Shown: one piece after another, positions 52,019 through 64,000 of the stretch | Position numbering within the stretch: position 1 is the first letter of the stretch | Layout: the number at the start of each line of letters is the position of its first letter | Assembly: GCA_001662655.1 (NCBI GenBank) | Contig: KV460237.1 | Strand: one strand, 5' to 3' | DNA: 64,000 nt | DNA from: Pseudogymnoascus verrucosus | Lineage: Eukaryota | Notes under the pieces: model-generated | The model's database searches: none | Told to the model about the DNA's origin: nothing | The model's input: only the letters and a program-made list of their open reading frames with translations | Translations under genes and position numbers: made by a program

Positions 52019-53934
52019 TCATCGCTTATCCAACTCCCCATGCAAACTCCTCGTCAACTCCCCATGCAAACTCCTCGTCGCCCCCCTATCCCCCAACGCC
52101 TCCACACTCCCCACAACCCTCACCCTCCTCGCCTCCACCTGCCTCTCCACCCCAGGATGATCATCCCACGCCCTCGCCTCCACCCCCCCATCATGGCTCA
52201 TCGCCAACCCCGGCGTCTCTCGCAGCGCAGGATGGATATTCGTAGTCGAGATCAACCCCCCAAACATCGGCGCCGGCGCATTATCATTATCATACCGTTC
52301 CCCCAACCCCTGTCCCATCGCCCGCCCCCCGTACTCCTGTCCCACACCACCACCATCATACCGCTGCTCCTTCGGCCTATACAGACTCCCGGGCCCGCTC
52401 GGCGACTCCCTCCCCGCCTCCGGCGCATCCACCGGATTCGCAGCCGCATGCGAGATCAGCCCCGCGTTCTCCTCCCCATCATACTCCGCGGGGCTGAACT
52501 TCCGCCTACTAAACTCCTCCGCGATCGGCAGCTTCATCTTAGGCCGGTACACCGTGTCCTCATCGCTCCTCCCCACCTCCACCTCCGCAGCATGCGCCTG
52601 CAGCGCTAGCGCATCGCGGGCGTCGCGCGTGTAACTCGCATCCTGCTTGCGACGGCGCGCGCCGACGAACATCCAGCGAATGCCGCGCCCGAAAGCCTTG
52701 ACGATGTCCCAGGGGTTGAGCGCGTCTAGGAGTGCGCGGGCGCCGAGGAAGCCGCCTTGGTTGGGTCCGAGGTCGTCGGGGTCGCCGGTGGGGTATTTAG
52801 AGGCGCCTGGCTCGCCGGAGTGGTGGGCGCCGAGCTTGTAGGGCCCGTGCGGGTAGGCGAAGATGTGGAAGATGGCGAAGAGGGCCATTTCGACGCAGAT
52901 GAGGAGGGAGGGGATGCCGACGTAGAGGTCGGGGAAGGCGAGGTAGGAGTTGGCTTCCAGGATGGAGAAGGTGGAGGAGGTGAGGATGGAGATGATGAAG
53001 GTTTGCCAGAAGGAGAGGAAGATGACGAGTTTGATGGCGAGGACTTTGAGGAAGGGGGAGTGCTCGGCGAGGTCGACGCGTAGTTGGATGTAGAATTGGA
53101 TTAGGAGGTACATGGCTATCGTTACGGCGACGGCGTTGATTACCAGGGCCTGCGAAGTGTTAGTGGGGTATACAGTAGAAAGAGAGACTGACGACTTACC
53201 CAAATATGCGCGAACCACGGCATATTGCTCCCTTCGCAGTACACATCAAAATACTGCGTCACCACCGCCGTGATCGTCATCGCGACTCTCACGAAGCAGT
53301 ATTGGTAGATACCTGCCCACACCACATTAAACCACGTCAACCCGCTCCTCGGCGTCCGCCAGATGCCCCTCTCCCCACCACAGCACTTGGCGAACCAGTT
53401 GACAGGCAGCACCCACGGCTTGATGGGGTGCATGGCGCGAAAGTAGTCTTTCTGGCTGTGTAGCGTGGGGGAGGTGTAGTGGCACAGCAGCGCGAAGAAG
53501 GAGGCGATCGCGAAGGCCTCATAGCAATCGGATATGACGCTGAAGTAGACGTTATGGTAGTAGAACCAGAACGAGAGGAATCGCGCAACGGCGTAGATGG
53601 GGATCATTAGGAGGATGCGGATTATGCTGGTAAGTGTTAGTCGGCTGTCTCCTTCTCACCACGTAAGGGGGAGTAAATGGGGAAACGCACTGTCTCTGCT
53701 CCCTCGGCTTGGTATAATTCAGCGCATGCATCCAAATCGAGTATGCCGAGATCAGAATCGCCACAATCGTGCATCCACCGCAGATTATCAGTCCCAATTG
53801 ATGGAAATTCAAACTCCCCGCTATCGGCAGCTCGCCCGTTACTACGCATCTGTTAGACCTGCTTTCATGCATATGTGGACCTAGGACTCACTCCGCAAAT
53901 CCTCCATCGTCGCATTACACGTAAAGTTCACCAT
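52019..53934 (-). CDS. Organic solute transporter alpha/TMEM184 family protein; exons 53934-53892, 53841-53691, 53626-53200, 53149-52019
   Basis: HALNYTKPREQRHIIRILLMIPIYA, DCYEAFAIASFF, GIYQYCFVR, KVLAIKLVIFLSFWQ, LICVEMALFA. Confidence 0.92.
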
Positions 53935-56519
53935 TGTCCTTCCCAGCCCCGCGGCTCAGCGCTCGTACGTCCAGGCGCGTCCGCTCTTATAAGGTCCTTC
54001 TTGTATGTTTTTAAACCCCCCACCTTCGTCAATTCAGTTGCTCTTCTCTTCTCTTTCTCAATCAAATCCCCTCGTCTACCGTATCGTATAGTCTCGAATC
54101 GAGTTGCAGAGTCGCAGAATATCGTATTATCGTATTAGCGCCGTCGTAATCGTCGGTCAAGACCCGTATTAACAAGCAATCGTTGTCGCAGAAACGGCAA
54201 AGCCGGGTCGCGTTCCTGGCTATATACGCTCTCCCCACACCCAAACAGACAGGAACACCACTTGTGCCTCGTTATCGCCCCGGGCGCACCGCGTCCTCCT
54301 CAAACCTCAGGGTCCAATATCCGTCTCTAGCGCCACCGTCGTGCTGCACCCGCGTTCCGACCGGGCCGCCTAATCTAACCGTCGTGCTTGCTGGGCGCGT
54401 GCCTGTCTGTCCCTCGTCCTATGGTCGTCCCTCGTCGTCGCGCGTGGTGGTGGATTGTTCGCAGCGTAGGGTAGATGTAGATGTAATTGACAGATCGTAT
54501 GTGAAGTCGTGAAGTGAAAGGGAATTAGAATTTTGCCAATCTGTCAGCACCAGCGCTGATCCTCCACGCGCATATATCTGATCTCAAAGCACCAAGCACC
54601 ACACCGTTTCAGACTGCCGCGCCAACGTCCACGCCACGCTACCCTGCCACCGCACAGCCTCGTTCCTGGGTGGTGGTGTGTAGTCGTGACTTCTGTCCAT
54701 GCGTTGTGGTGGGTGGTGGAGGGAGGTACTAGGTACCTTATTATCGTTCGAGGGGCTATTTTTAGGGAGGGTGTGGTTGGTTTGGCGCTGGCGACTAGGC
54801 GGACTGGGCTGGGCTTGGTAGGGGTGGACGGGGGAGGTGAGGTGAGGATTTATATTGTGCTTATGTGGGAAGTTTATAGGATTATTACGCCGTGTTATGG
54901 GCTGTGGGATAGGGTTTTTGAGCTTCTTATTGGATTATTCAGTTGCTTACTATTTTGTTTTGGAATCATTGCTTCACCGCTCGTCTATAATGGGTTCGTT
55001 TAAGGCGCACTTCTATTCACATTATCAGCGTCACTGCTGTTATAATACAGTGAATTCTTGTGGCACGGAACAACTCATCTATATCACAGGTAATATCATA
55101 TAGGAATTCACATGAAGATCTAGATCTTTTCTCGGCTCCGTCTGGTGTTCTGGGAAACATAATGCCGTCTCAAGGACACTGTGCTTGCCATGTTTTGAGA
55201 ACATCCATTTTATATACCTAAGCTTTAAATAAAAGTCAGTATATTATTTTTCAAATTATTGCAAAATAAAATAATAGGATTTTGGCCTTCCCCTTAAAAA
55301 TAACCTATCTATATAAATTAACGTCCTTCCTCTCCGTGAGCTTTAAAGACACCCACCATTTGTTTTTTTTTTCAAAAAAATCCTATATTCCCCGACTCCA
55401 ACCCCCCCCCCAATACCCAACACCCACCACAACCCACCATCAAGCCCCTACAAAAAACCATAATCTACCGTACCAGCTCCCCTATTCCCACCCTAAGCAA
55501 ACTCAAATCCAAAATCTCCCACATCCCACATCCCAAAGAAACAGATACGTGAGTGAGTGGGGGCCAGTAATAAGCATACGCAACACCCCCCCACCTCTCC
55601 CCGTCCCACAACACCACAACACCACAACACCACCACACCACCAACATTCCAACAGCACCCAAGCGCCCACACGAGCAAGTAAGGCAGATCAAGATCTTTC
55701 ATACCCGCCCTCCTCCCTGATTCGCTCCATACAGGTAGGCAGATAGAGAGAGAGAGAGGTAAGAGACAGAAAAGCCGTTTTGCGTAATCGTGGGGGCTGT
55801 GGGAATGAGACATCTTTGGTGGGGGAAAGTAGTGGTGGGTGATACAGGTGTACTCAGATCACTCAGATCACTCAGATCACCCACTCTCAGTCACTACGAT
55901 TAAACACCCGCCAATTAAGCACTCACCACTGAAACAATCCTCACTCACACTCACTCACTCACTCATTCACTCCGTCACCACACCAACCACCCACTCGCCC
56001 ATCCACTCACACACTCACTCACATACTCACAGTCACACAGTCACACACTCACAACCAAAAACTCTAAAAACATCAAAGCAAAAAAGTAACTTCTACTCAT
56101 TCCTCTCCGGTGGTGGGGGGGTATCATAGTGCTCCCCATCCCTATTATCCGCCCTCCCCTTTCTCATCCGTATCATATGTATTTACACCATTTCCCACCC
56201 ATCCCATCCCATCCCATGTTCCCATATCATCCCTCCCTCCCACAAGCTCCGTTTCTACCTCGGATTTGATTTCCATTTCGATTTATAGCATACATCCCTC
56301 TCCCCTTCCCGTCTCTCTCATCCAGTTCCAGTTGTTCCATCCTGTTCAGTGACAGTCTGATCCATTTGTTTGTTGTGTTTGTTGTTCGTAAGAAATCTCG
56401 CTTTTACCCTCGCGAATGCCATAATAAGCCCTTTAATAGCCACAATTCCCACCCATCTTTTTCCATTTCCATTCCATTTCCATATATCTACAATCAACCC
56501 GCCCCTTTCCCCCCCACAC

Positions 56520-58176
56520 TCAAGCATCCGGATTCGTCGCCCTCAAAATCGGCGGCCCCGTCCTCACCACTCTCCGCGAATAATCAAAATTATCCTGTAT
56601 ACTCCCCACGCTCTCCCGACTCCCACTCGCGCCACCCTGCTGATAAACCGGCGCAAAAGGATCCAACCTCGGATCAACAGGCATCAACCTGCTCCTCCTC
56701 GACCCAGCACTAACAGGCGTATCCGCCACATCCCCCGCTCCGGAGTCCCACCCCTCGACAACCCGTCGTCCGTCGGTGCCGAGCACGTACCGCGAGTTCT
56801 CGCTCATAGTGCGTTGAGGTGTGTACCCCGTGTTCGGGGTGGGAGGAGCAGGACCGACGTCAGACTCAGCGGCGAGACGCTTGCGGCGGCGCATGAAGAA
56901 GAAGATCAGTGCGCCGACGAGGGCGAGGAAGGCAGCGATGCCGATACCGAGACCGGCGGCGCCACCGGCGGTGAGGGATTTCTTGTTGCCGCTGTCCGCG
57001 GAGGAGTCGGCGCCGGGGGGCGCGGTGGGGGTGATGGTTACGACGCGGACTTGGCCGGTGACGGTTTCGACGCTGGTGATGGGGGTGGGCGTCCAGGAGG
57101 AGGTGTCGTCTTTGGCGTTGTCTGGGGGAGAGGTGGTTGTTGGGTTCTGGGGTGTGTTAGCTTTGTGTCCGTGGTGGCGGTTGGGTGGGAGAGGATAGGA
57201 GAGGGGAGGGGGTGTTAGAAGATAGGGAGAAGGAGGGGGAGTTAGAAAGGACAGGGGAAAGATGAAAAGGCGAGGATGCCAGATAGGAAAAGCGCACGCG
57301 CGGATGGATTGGAGATGCAGTACCGTGTGAGTAGATGAGCCAGAAGTCGTCGCCGAGTCCTGTTGTACCAATGTCAAACTGGAGGCAACAGAAGCGCGGG
57401 TTCCCGACAGCCAGCAGGTTAAGCTCCAACAGGGGACCGTGTATATTCTCTTTCTCAACGCGGGGCAACGATGGAAGGGGTAGGGACAACGGTATGTTAG
57501 GAAAACGGGGAGGAAAGGGGGTGAAACGACAGAAGGGGATATCCATAAAAGGACGAAGGGATAGATCCATAAAAGGACGAAAGGATAGATCCATAAAAGG
57601 ACGAAGAGATAATCCATAAAAGGACGAGGGGATAGATCCATAACAGGACGACGAAAAGATGTCAAAACTCGCTCGCAAGAAAACGCACCTTGGCAGGGCT
57701 TGCCGTAACCCCAGTCCCATCAGTTGTCTTTGTCCCTACAACATCTTTTTCGAGCTTGATATATCCGTACAAGTCCGTACCGCCGCACAAATCGTCGGGG
57801 TAGCCAGGACACTGGGTGTTGCACTTGTCTTTCGAGGTCGTCGAAGCGCCCGGGGCATAGTTGGAGCACCAGCAGAGGTTATCCTGGACGATGGCGAAGG
57901 CAAACGATTGCTGGCAGAACGTCTGGCAGAGGCCATTGGACTGGTAGGTGCTGTAGTCTGAAGGGGGAAGTCAGTCAGGGACCGCCAGACAGAGCGAGGT
58001 GGTAGGGCAAATAACATACTTCCTGCCCTCGACGCCGTATTAATCCCCGCACAATACGCTATCGTCAACGCCTGCACCGGCCGAACCTGTGTTGCTATCA
58101 GCACGCCCAGCGGCGCCAGACACGCCAATGCTACCGTCGCCGCCGACATGGCGGACTGCGACCTCGGGGCAACCAT
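56520..58176 (-). CDS. WSC1: WSC-domain cell-wall stress sensor; exons 58176-58020, 57957-57689, probable 57359-57324, 57146-56520
   Basis: Signal peptide; WSC domain YQSNGLCQTFC..CWCSNY..CPGYPDDLCGG; Ser/Thr region; single TM then RRRKR; tail DPRLDP and DYSRRV..LRATNPD. Confidence 0.88.
57541..57653. repeat. 24-bp minisatellite ATCCATAAAAGGACGAAGGGATAG (~4.7 copies) within WSC intron
   Basis: Units start at 57541, 57565, 57589, 57612 and 57636. Confidence 0.9.
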
Positions 58177-59549
58177 CCGGACTGTGTCGTCTCTCTCTCT
58201 CGCTCTCTCTCTCTCTCGGTGACGCTACTGTGTTTGTCGTCGACACCTGTTGGAATTGGGGGGGGGGGAAGCGACGCGGTTATGGGCGCATTGATGCTTG
58301 GGCGGACACGGGGAGATGGAGGTGCGTGGTGAAGGATGGGCGCATATACGCTCAAAGAGGGAGGATGGCGCGGGAGCCGCCGTTCCTTTGTGTCGTGTTG
58401 TGTCCTGTCGACTGGAATGGGTGAGGCAGCTGTTTCGGAGACAGCAGCTCGGTGATAGCTCTCGTAGCTCGGTGATTGAGCTCGAGGAGGGGAGAGGTGA
58501 GATGCGGTGATGGTATGTCGAGCCGCAGGGGGTTGAGGGCCGTTGGAGAAGGTTAGGAGAGAGAGGAGTTGAATGAGTGGAGAGGAGAAGAATTGAAGGT
58601 TTGTGGATTTGTCTGGCTGGATTTCCAAGATTTGCTAGGAAGGGGAGTCGAGTACGGGGTACAGAGGAGAAGGAGTACTGGATTCCCAGCCAACGGGGAG
58701 ATGTGGAAGTAGCGGGGTGGTAGAGGGGACTTTATACTAGCCCTCATTTACTGCCAAATCCACACTAAAATCCATAGACTTTCACCCATCTCCACCACTA
58801 ATTAAAGTACCGGGTACCTCAAAGTACAAAACATTGGAACTGGGACAGTGCCAGGACAGGGGAAAGGCCAGTTGTGGGAATTATTTGTTAGACACGGCCT
58901 GGTAGACAGCGCCAACACGGTGATGATAGACTCATCAGGGATAGCAAAAAAGATCAAAAGCTTCTTTCTGGAGTCATAAACAGATGAGTAACCAGATAAC
59001 CAGATCACAATCGCCTTTGGTACTCCAGCAAGCAGCAAGCTCTGACAGACCCCTAACCAAGCGTCGTCGCGGTCAAGATCGCGGTCAGGCAGGTTCTGTT
59101 TACACAACTATACTGAACCCACCATAAACATCATCTTCCCCATACGCCTGTACTGTGCTATGAACATAACCAAAACAACACCATCCTCTCCTCTCCTCTC
59201 CACGCCTCCTACGTACACCACGAAAAACACCAAACCCACCGCCGATGACGCCGAAAAGAAAGCAAAAAAAGACCAAAAAGCGCCACCAAACCACCTCGCT
59301 CCGGCACCTCATGCAGCCGTTCTCGTCTTCCCTGTCCGTGGCCACCGATAACAACCCCTACACTCCCCCAACCACGCGTCCTCACTGGCTCCGACGCGCA
59401 TCGCCCTTACCCGCCAAGGAGCGCCGGCGTGGTGGGGACACGATGATCCGGGAGTGGTGAGTGGGCGGAAGGGGAGGCGGACTGGGATATACGGTGAGAG
59501 GGTGAGGACCACGTCATTGTTTGTGTGTGCATGAGGTGTGATATATGTA

Positions 59550-59682
59550 CGGTATGGGATGGTATGGGATGATGGCATGGGATGGCATGGGATGGTATGG
59601 GATGGTATAGGTGGTATAGGTGGTATAGGTGGTATAGGTGGTATAGGTGGTATAGGTGGTATAGGTGGCATGGGATGGTATG
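59550..59682. repeat. Simple repeats (GGTATAGGT)n flanked by GGYATGGGAT units
   Basis: About seven perfect 9-mers at ~59604-59667, with 10-mer variants on both sides. Confidence 0.9.
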
Positions 59683-62600
59683 TACGAGGTGAGGAAGAGG
59701 GAAGAAATACCACATGCTGATATCCAGATTTACGTAGGCGTGACTGCGGCATGCGGGGATACGAGGGAGAGGAAGGGAGGGCGTGCATATACGGGTACGA
59801 CTGATCGATCACCTGGGCTGGGGGGGGATGGCTATTTTGAGGTTACCAGTTACCATCGAAGAAGAGGAGGACGATACCACGGAGTACGATACCACAGAAG
59901 AGACGAGAAGAGAAGAGTAACTCTACTACTACTCTATCACTCACCACTTCCTTCCACCACTACCAGGTAAGACACAGACACCCATCTACCCTCCCGCGTC
60001 AAACCATTATCTCACTCACATCTCACTCACACCCATCTCCAGCACGTCCCTCCCTCACCCACGCGTACATCTCATACCGCCCCTCTCTCTAAACGAACTC
60101 CATAACCCAGCGCGACAAGGGTCAGGGCCAACATCCAAGCGCGGAAAACGAAACAACTTCCCCATCTCCGAGCCCATAAATCCCATACATCTTGGGAAAT
60201 GAGGATGTGCGCGCTAGATTGGTTTAGGGGGTGGGAGGGTGGAGCCGAGGTCGATCGTGCACGGTGGGAGGAGAAAGGGATGGACGCGGGATTTGCTGAC
60301 TGGGGATGACTGACGGATGGGGGAGGAATGTGCGAGAGAGGAGACAAAAGGGGAAGAGGTCTGTGAGACGGATTGAGGGTAGGTACGTCTGTTGAGGGAT
60401 TGCGGTGGGAGCTAGGAGGCGACGGAGGCGACGCACTGTGGATACAGCTAACAGTGCGTGCACTTAATAGTCCAGGAACACCCGCAAGGGAAGAGTCCAG
60501 CCGAAGAGGCCAAAGCCTGCGGGATCGAGTCCGATTTCGATTGCCTGTGGAGCGAGTGGTCCAAAGATCATCTTATCTTTTCGCTGGCCACCCCGTAGTA
60601 CAGTTACCGGACTGGCTGTAAGCTGGCTGGGCTCGGTGATCTGGTCTGGGCGGTTGTTGTAGCTAGTCAGCCGGGTGATCAGGGATCGTTTGGCTGGACT
60701 GGACTTGTTGTTGTTGTTGTTGTTGTTGTAAGGCTGGTAGGGCTGGATTGGACGTCAGACTGTTTGAACGTCTAGACCAGACGGGGTGGGTGAGTGGGTG
60801 AGTGAGTGAGTGAGTGCTTCCCTTATATATCCCTCCCTATCATCAGCATCTTCTCCGGGTGAACGATTCGGAACGCGCGTTGGTCGATATGACGTCGTCT
60901 ACCCGCAGCGAGGAGTTTGTTTACACGTTTTCTCAGACGCACGTTTTCTCGGACGGAGAGGAAGATGAGGGGGTCGGAGGCATTTACTCTGTTTGGATCC
61001 GCGAATGGAAGGCATAGCTTCGCGGGGTTTACTGGTTTCGTCACGAATTCATCTCATGGGAGTGCTGGATGCACACTCGATGCGATATCTTCGTTTTTTG
61101 TCGTTTTCGTCTGTTTCGTCTTTTCTGCTATTTCATTGTTTATATTTATCTCCCCTCTCTTCTTTTACCCTCTCCTATCTGATATCATCAACCAACACCG
61201 AGCCATCAACAAGACGATTCCCCGACCCCGCAACCCCATCGCGGATATCTTCAATACCCTCCCTTCTAGTTGTGCATTCCGACGTGGACCGCGCCAGCAC
61301 AGAATGGGAAGAAACGCCTCACTTATCAGGGGATGTTTGTTTACATAGCCGTTCCTTCCATTATTCATCCTGACTATATATATGCTTCTTAGGGAAGTCA
61401 CGACATAGTTAGTAGATGTTTGTTTACCCAAGTCGCTCCTTCCCATTCCACAACCAAACTACATGCTTCCCTAAGGAAGTCACGACCCGCTTTCTTTCCC
61501 ACAGGCGTGACGTTTTGTCCAGGTCGTCTTTTCCAATTCCGCAACCCGAATACATGCTTCTTTCCCTCATCTCCCTCCTTTCTTTTCCACTCTGTTTCTT
61601 ACATCTCCTCTCACCTCCTCCCCCCCCCCTCTCTAATTTCTCATTTCTCCTTCTTCATCATTTACTCCTCCTTGTACTCCCTCTCTATCTTTTCCCTTTC
61701 CTTCTCCGTCTCCTTCACTAACTGCTCCTTCCTTCGACCAAGATTTTGTTTTCCTCGTCAGAGGGAGCGTCCGTAGCAGCACAGTAGCAAAAGATGACGC
61801 GCCTGAGGTCGTCTAGCTTGTTACTACAATGAAGCCAAAGTGGCTTGGCTACTTTAAGCCCTAGGATCCCTAGGATCCATTATCATGGGCCTAGCCGAAG
61901 GTCTCATTGATTCATATGAACTCACGAGCCCGGAAACATGACACATAGGTGGTGATGGGAATTGTAGGTGACAACAGAGAGGTGGTGACAGAGAGGTGGT
62001 GATAGAGGTGGCGCGTGTAGCGCTCCGCAAAGGCGGCCTAAAGTTATCGTAGCCATGCTAAATTTAGCATGGTGCATAATGCGGTATATCTCAGCTGAGA
62101 TACCTGGCTCAACCTCTGCTGCTGTATCTTCTGGGAACTTGTCCTGGAAGATTGCAATACATAAGCCCATGAGATAATTTGAGCAGTGGTGCTGCGCTTT
62201 ATGTGCTCTAAGGCGTGGCACTGGCCGGCAAGAGTAGCCAGTCTCACGGAGGGGGCGTTGCATTCGTTCAGTAGGAGGCGAAGTTCCCACCCTCTGTTCT
62301 AAAGCTGACAGGAAATAGTGCAGGACTGCGAAACGGCTAGGATGTAGAGTCTGCCCGGCTTCATTCTACATGGTCACTGGCCCCGCGACGGGTTGTCATG
62401 AGAAGAAGCGCCCCCTGATTCCGGTTCTTTGGTGGCTCCCGGTGCTTCCACTAACCTTACGGGATAGAAGTTGATAGCTAGATGCGTGGGTAGACCGTCG
62501 GGCAAACAACTCCCTTCCGGAGACGGCGCAGGGGCGTTTCTCTGCGGCTTCATGGAACCGGATTGAGCTCTTTTACGCGCCTAGTCCTTAATGTTATTCC

Positions 62601-62755
62601 CCTAATCCTCTTTAAGTGCCTGACTTGAGATGGACGCGAAGGACATTATGTTGTAGTAGTCACTTATGGGAATCGAAAACTATTTTATTTACAAGATACA
62701 ATTCTCATTTCGATATAATCTACCTTTTCATTCTTTAATCCCCCGTTTCTCTCCT

Positions 62756-64000
62756 TCAAGCCTTAATCGGCCCGCTGTTACCACCATACGTCACCATCTT
62801 CGTAACCATATACTCCCCAACACCATACTTCGACCCCTCCCTTCCAAACCCGCTCTCCTTCATCCCTCCAAACGGCGCCGCTGGATCACTGATAAGTCCC
62901 GTATTCACGCCAATCATTCCAACCTCCATGGCCTCCGCCACCCTTGCAACCCTCTGAATATCCTGCGAGTAAAAGTACCCCGCCAACCCCACATCCGACG
63001 CATTGGCCAACTTAATAACCTCCTCCTCAGTCTCAAACTTGAACAACCCCGCCACCGGCCCAAACGTCTCCTCATTCGCCAACTTCATCTCCGCATTCAT
63101 CCCCCCCAGGATCGTCGGCGCATAAAAGTTCGCCCCGAGCTCAGGCAGCTTCTGCCCACCCGCCAGTAGCTTCGCGCCCTTGCTAATCGCATCCTGCACG
63201 TGCTCGTCCACCTTCGCGACCGCCTTCGCGTTAATCACAGGGCCGTGCGTGACGCCCTTCTCGAAGCCGCTGCCGAGCTGGAACTTGGCCACCGCGTCGA
63301 CGAAGGCGGATGTGAAGGCGTCGTAGATGCCGGCCTGCACGTAGATGCGGTTGGCGCAGACGCAGGTCTGGCCCGAGGAGCGGAACTTAGAGGTGATGGC
63401 CCCAGCGACGGCGGAGGTGAGGTCGGCGTCGTCGAAGACGATGAAGGGGGAGTTGCCGCCCAGCTCGAAAGAGAGCTTCTTAAGAGTGGAGGAGGACTGG
63501 GACATGAGAGTCTTGCCGACGCCCGTGGAGCCGGTGAAGGAGACCTTCTTGATGGTGGGGGAGGTACAGATGGTCTTGCCGACCGCGGGTGTGTTGGTGG
63601 CGGCGGTGATGACGTTAACGACTCCCTTGGGAACGCCGGCGCGTTGGGCGAGCTCGGCGAGAGCGAGGGATGTGAAGGGTGTCTCGCTGGGGGCTTTGCA
63701 GACGACGGTGCAACCGGCGGCGAGGGCGGGGCCGACTTTACGAGTGATCATGGCGGCGGGGAAGTTCCATCTGTAGTCTGTTAGTACTATCTCATAGTTT
63801 AACACATCGCTGGGTGGGAGAGCACATACGGTGTAATCAGTCCACACACGCCAACCGGCTCCTTGAACGTCACGACCCTGTTCCCTGGCACACTGGCCGG
63901 GATGGTGTCGCCGTAGATGCGCGGCGCCTCCTCACTGAACCACTCAAAGAAGTTGGCAGCGTAGGCCGCCTCGCCCCTTGCGTCTGCGAGCGGCTTTCCA
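62756..64000 (-). CDS. UGA2: Succinate-semialdehyde dehydrogenase (NAD(P)+), 5'-truncated; intron 63829-63771
   Basis: [78 protein letters not shown]. Confidence 0.93.

Noticed and set aside
55850..56050. CACT/CACTCAGAT runs
   Set aside because: Ordinary low-complexity intergenic sequence.
56520..57665. 381-aa ORF with LLWIYPFV repeats as a membrane protein
   Set aside because: Its N-terminal half is the translated WSC intron minisatellite; only the 3' part is exon.
59309..59812. (PPI)n, (GGI)n and (HLY)n ORFs
   Set aside because: These are translations of a 9-bp simple repeat with no other coding signal.
62090..62130. TPP riboswitch (CTGAGATACC)
   Set aside because: The downstream conserved aptamer elements are missing and no thiamine gene is nearby.
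43731..64000. GABA-shunt cluster (aminotransferase, permease, UGA2)
   Set aside because: The aminotransferase is class I/II, not a class III GABA transaminase, and UGA2 lies ~15 kb away beyond unrelated genes.

Overview
Eukaryotic (filamentous ascomycete) genomic DNA with short GT-AG introns and CTRAC branch points; the style suggests a Leotiomycete such as Pseudogymnoascus (inference only). The left block (1-27.7 kb) holds a partial CSC1/OSCA channel, a spliced ~1009-aa gene ending in a Zn2Cys6-like domain that the ORF track splits up, THO2, MET2, a Zn2Cys6 regulator divergent from an intracellular GH32 invertase, RPC31 and an Hsm3-like protein. The right block (52-64 kb) holds an OSTalpha/TMEM184 protein, a WSC sensor and a partial succinate-semialdehyde dehydrogenase. 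Between them (~27.8-51.7 kb) is an accessory-looking block: G1 peptidase, a ~71-bp repeat array, an unknown protein, GH20 hexosaminidase, a RIP-like relic, an intronless alginate-lyase-family gene, a three-gene cluster (Arg81-like TF, PLP aminotransferase, APC permease), a pogo transposase fragment and a four-exon small secreted Cys protein absent from the ORF track. No rRNA, tRNA or true CRISPR was found. All exon models were read by eye and need RNA-seq confirmation.
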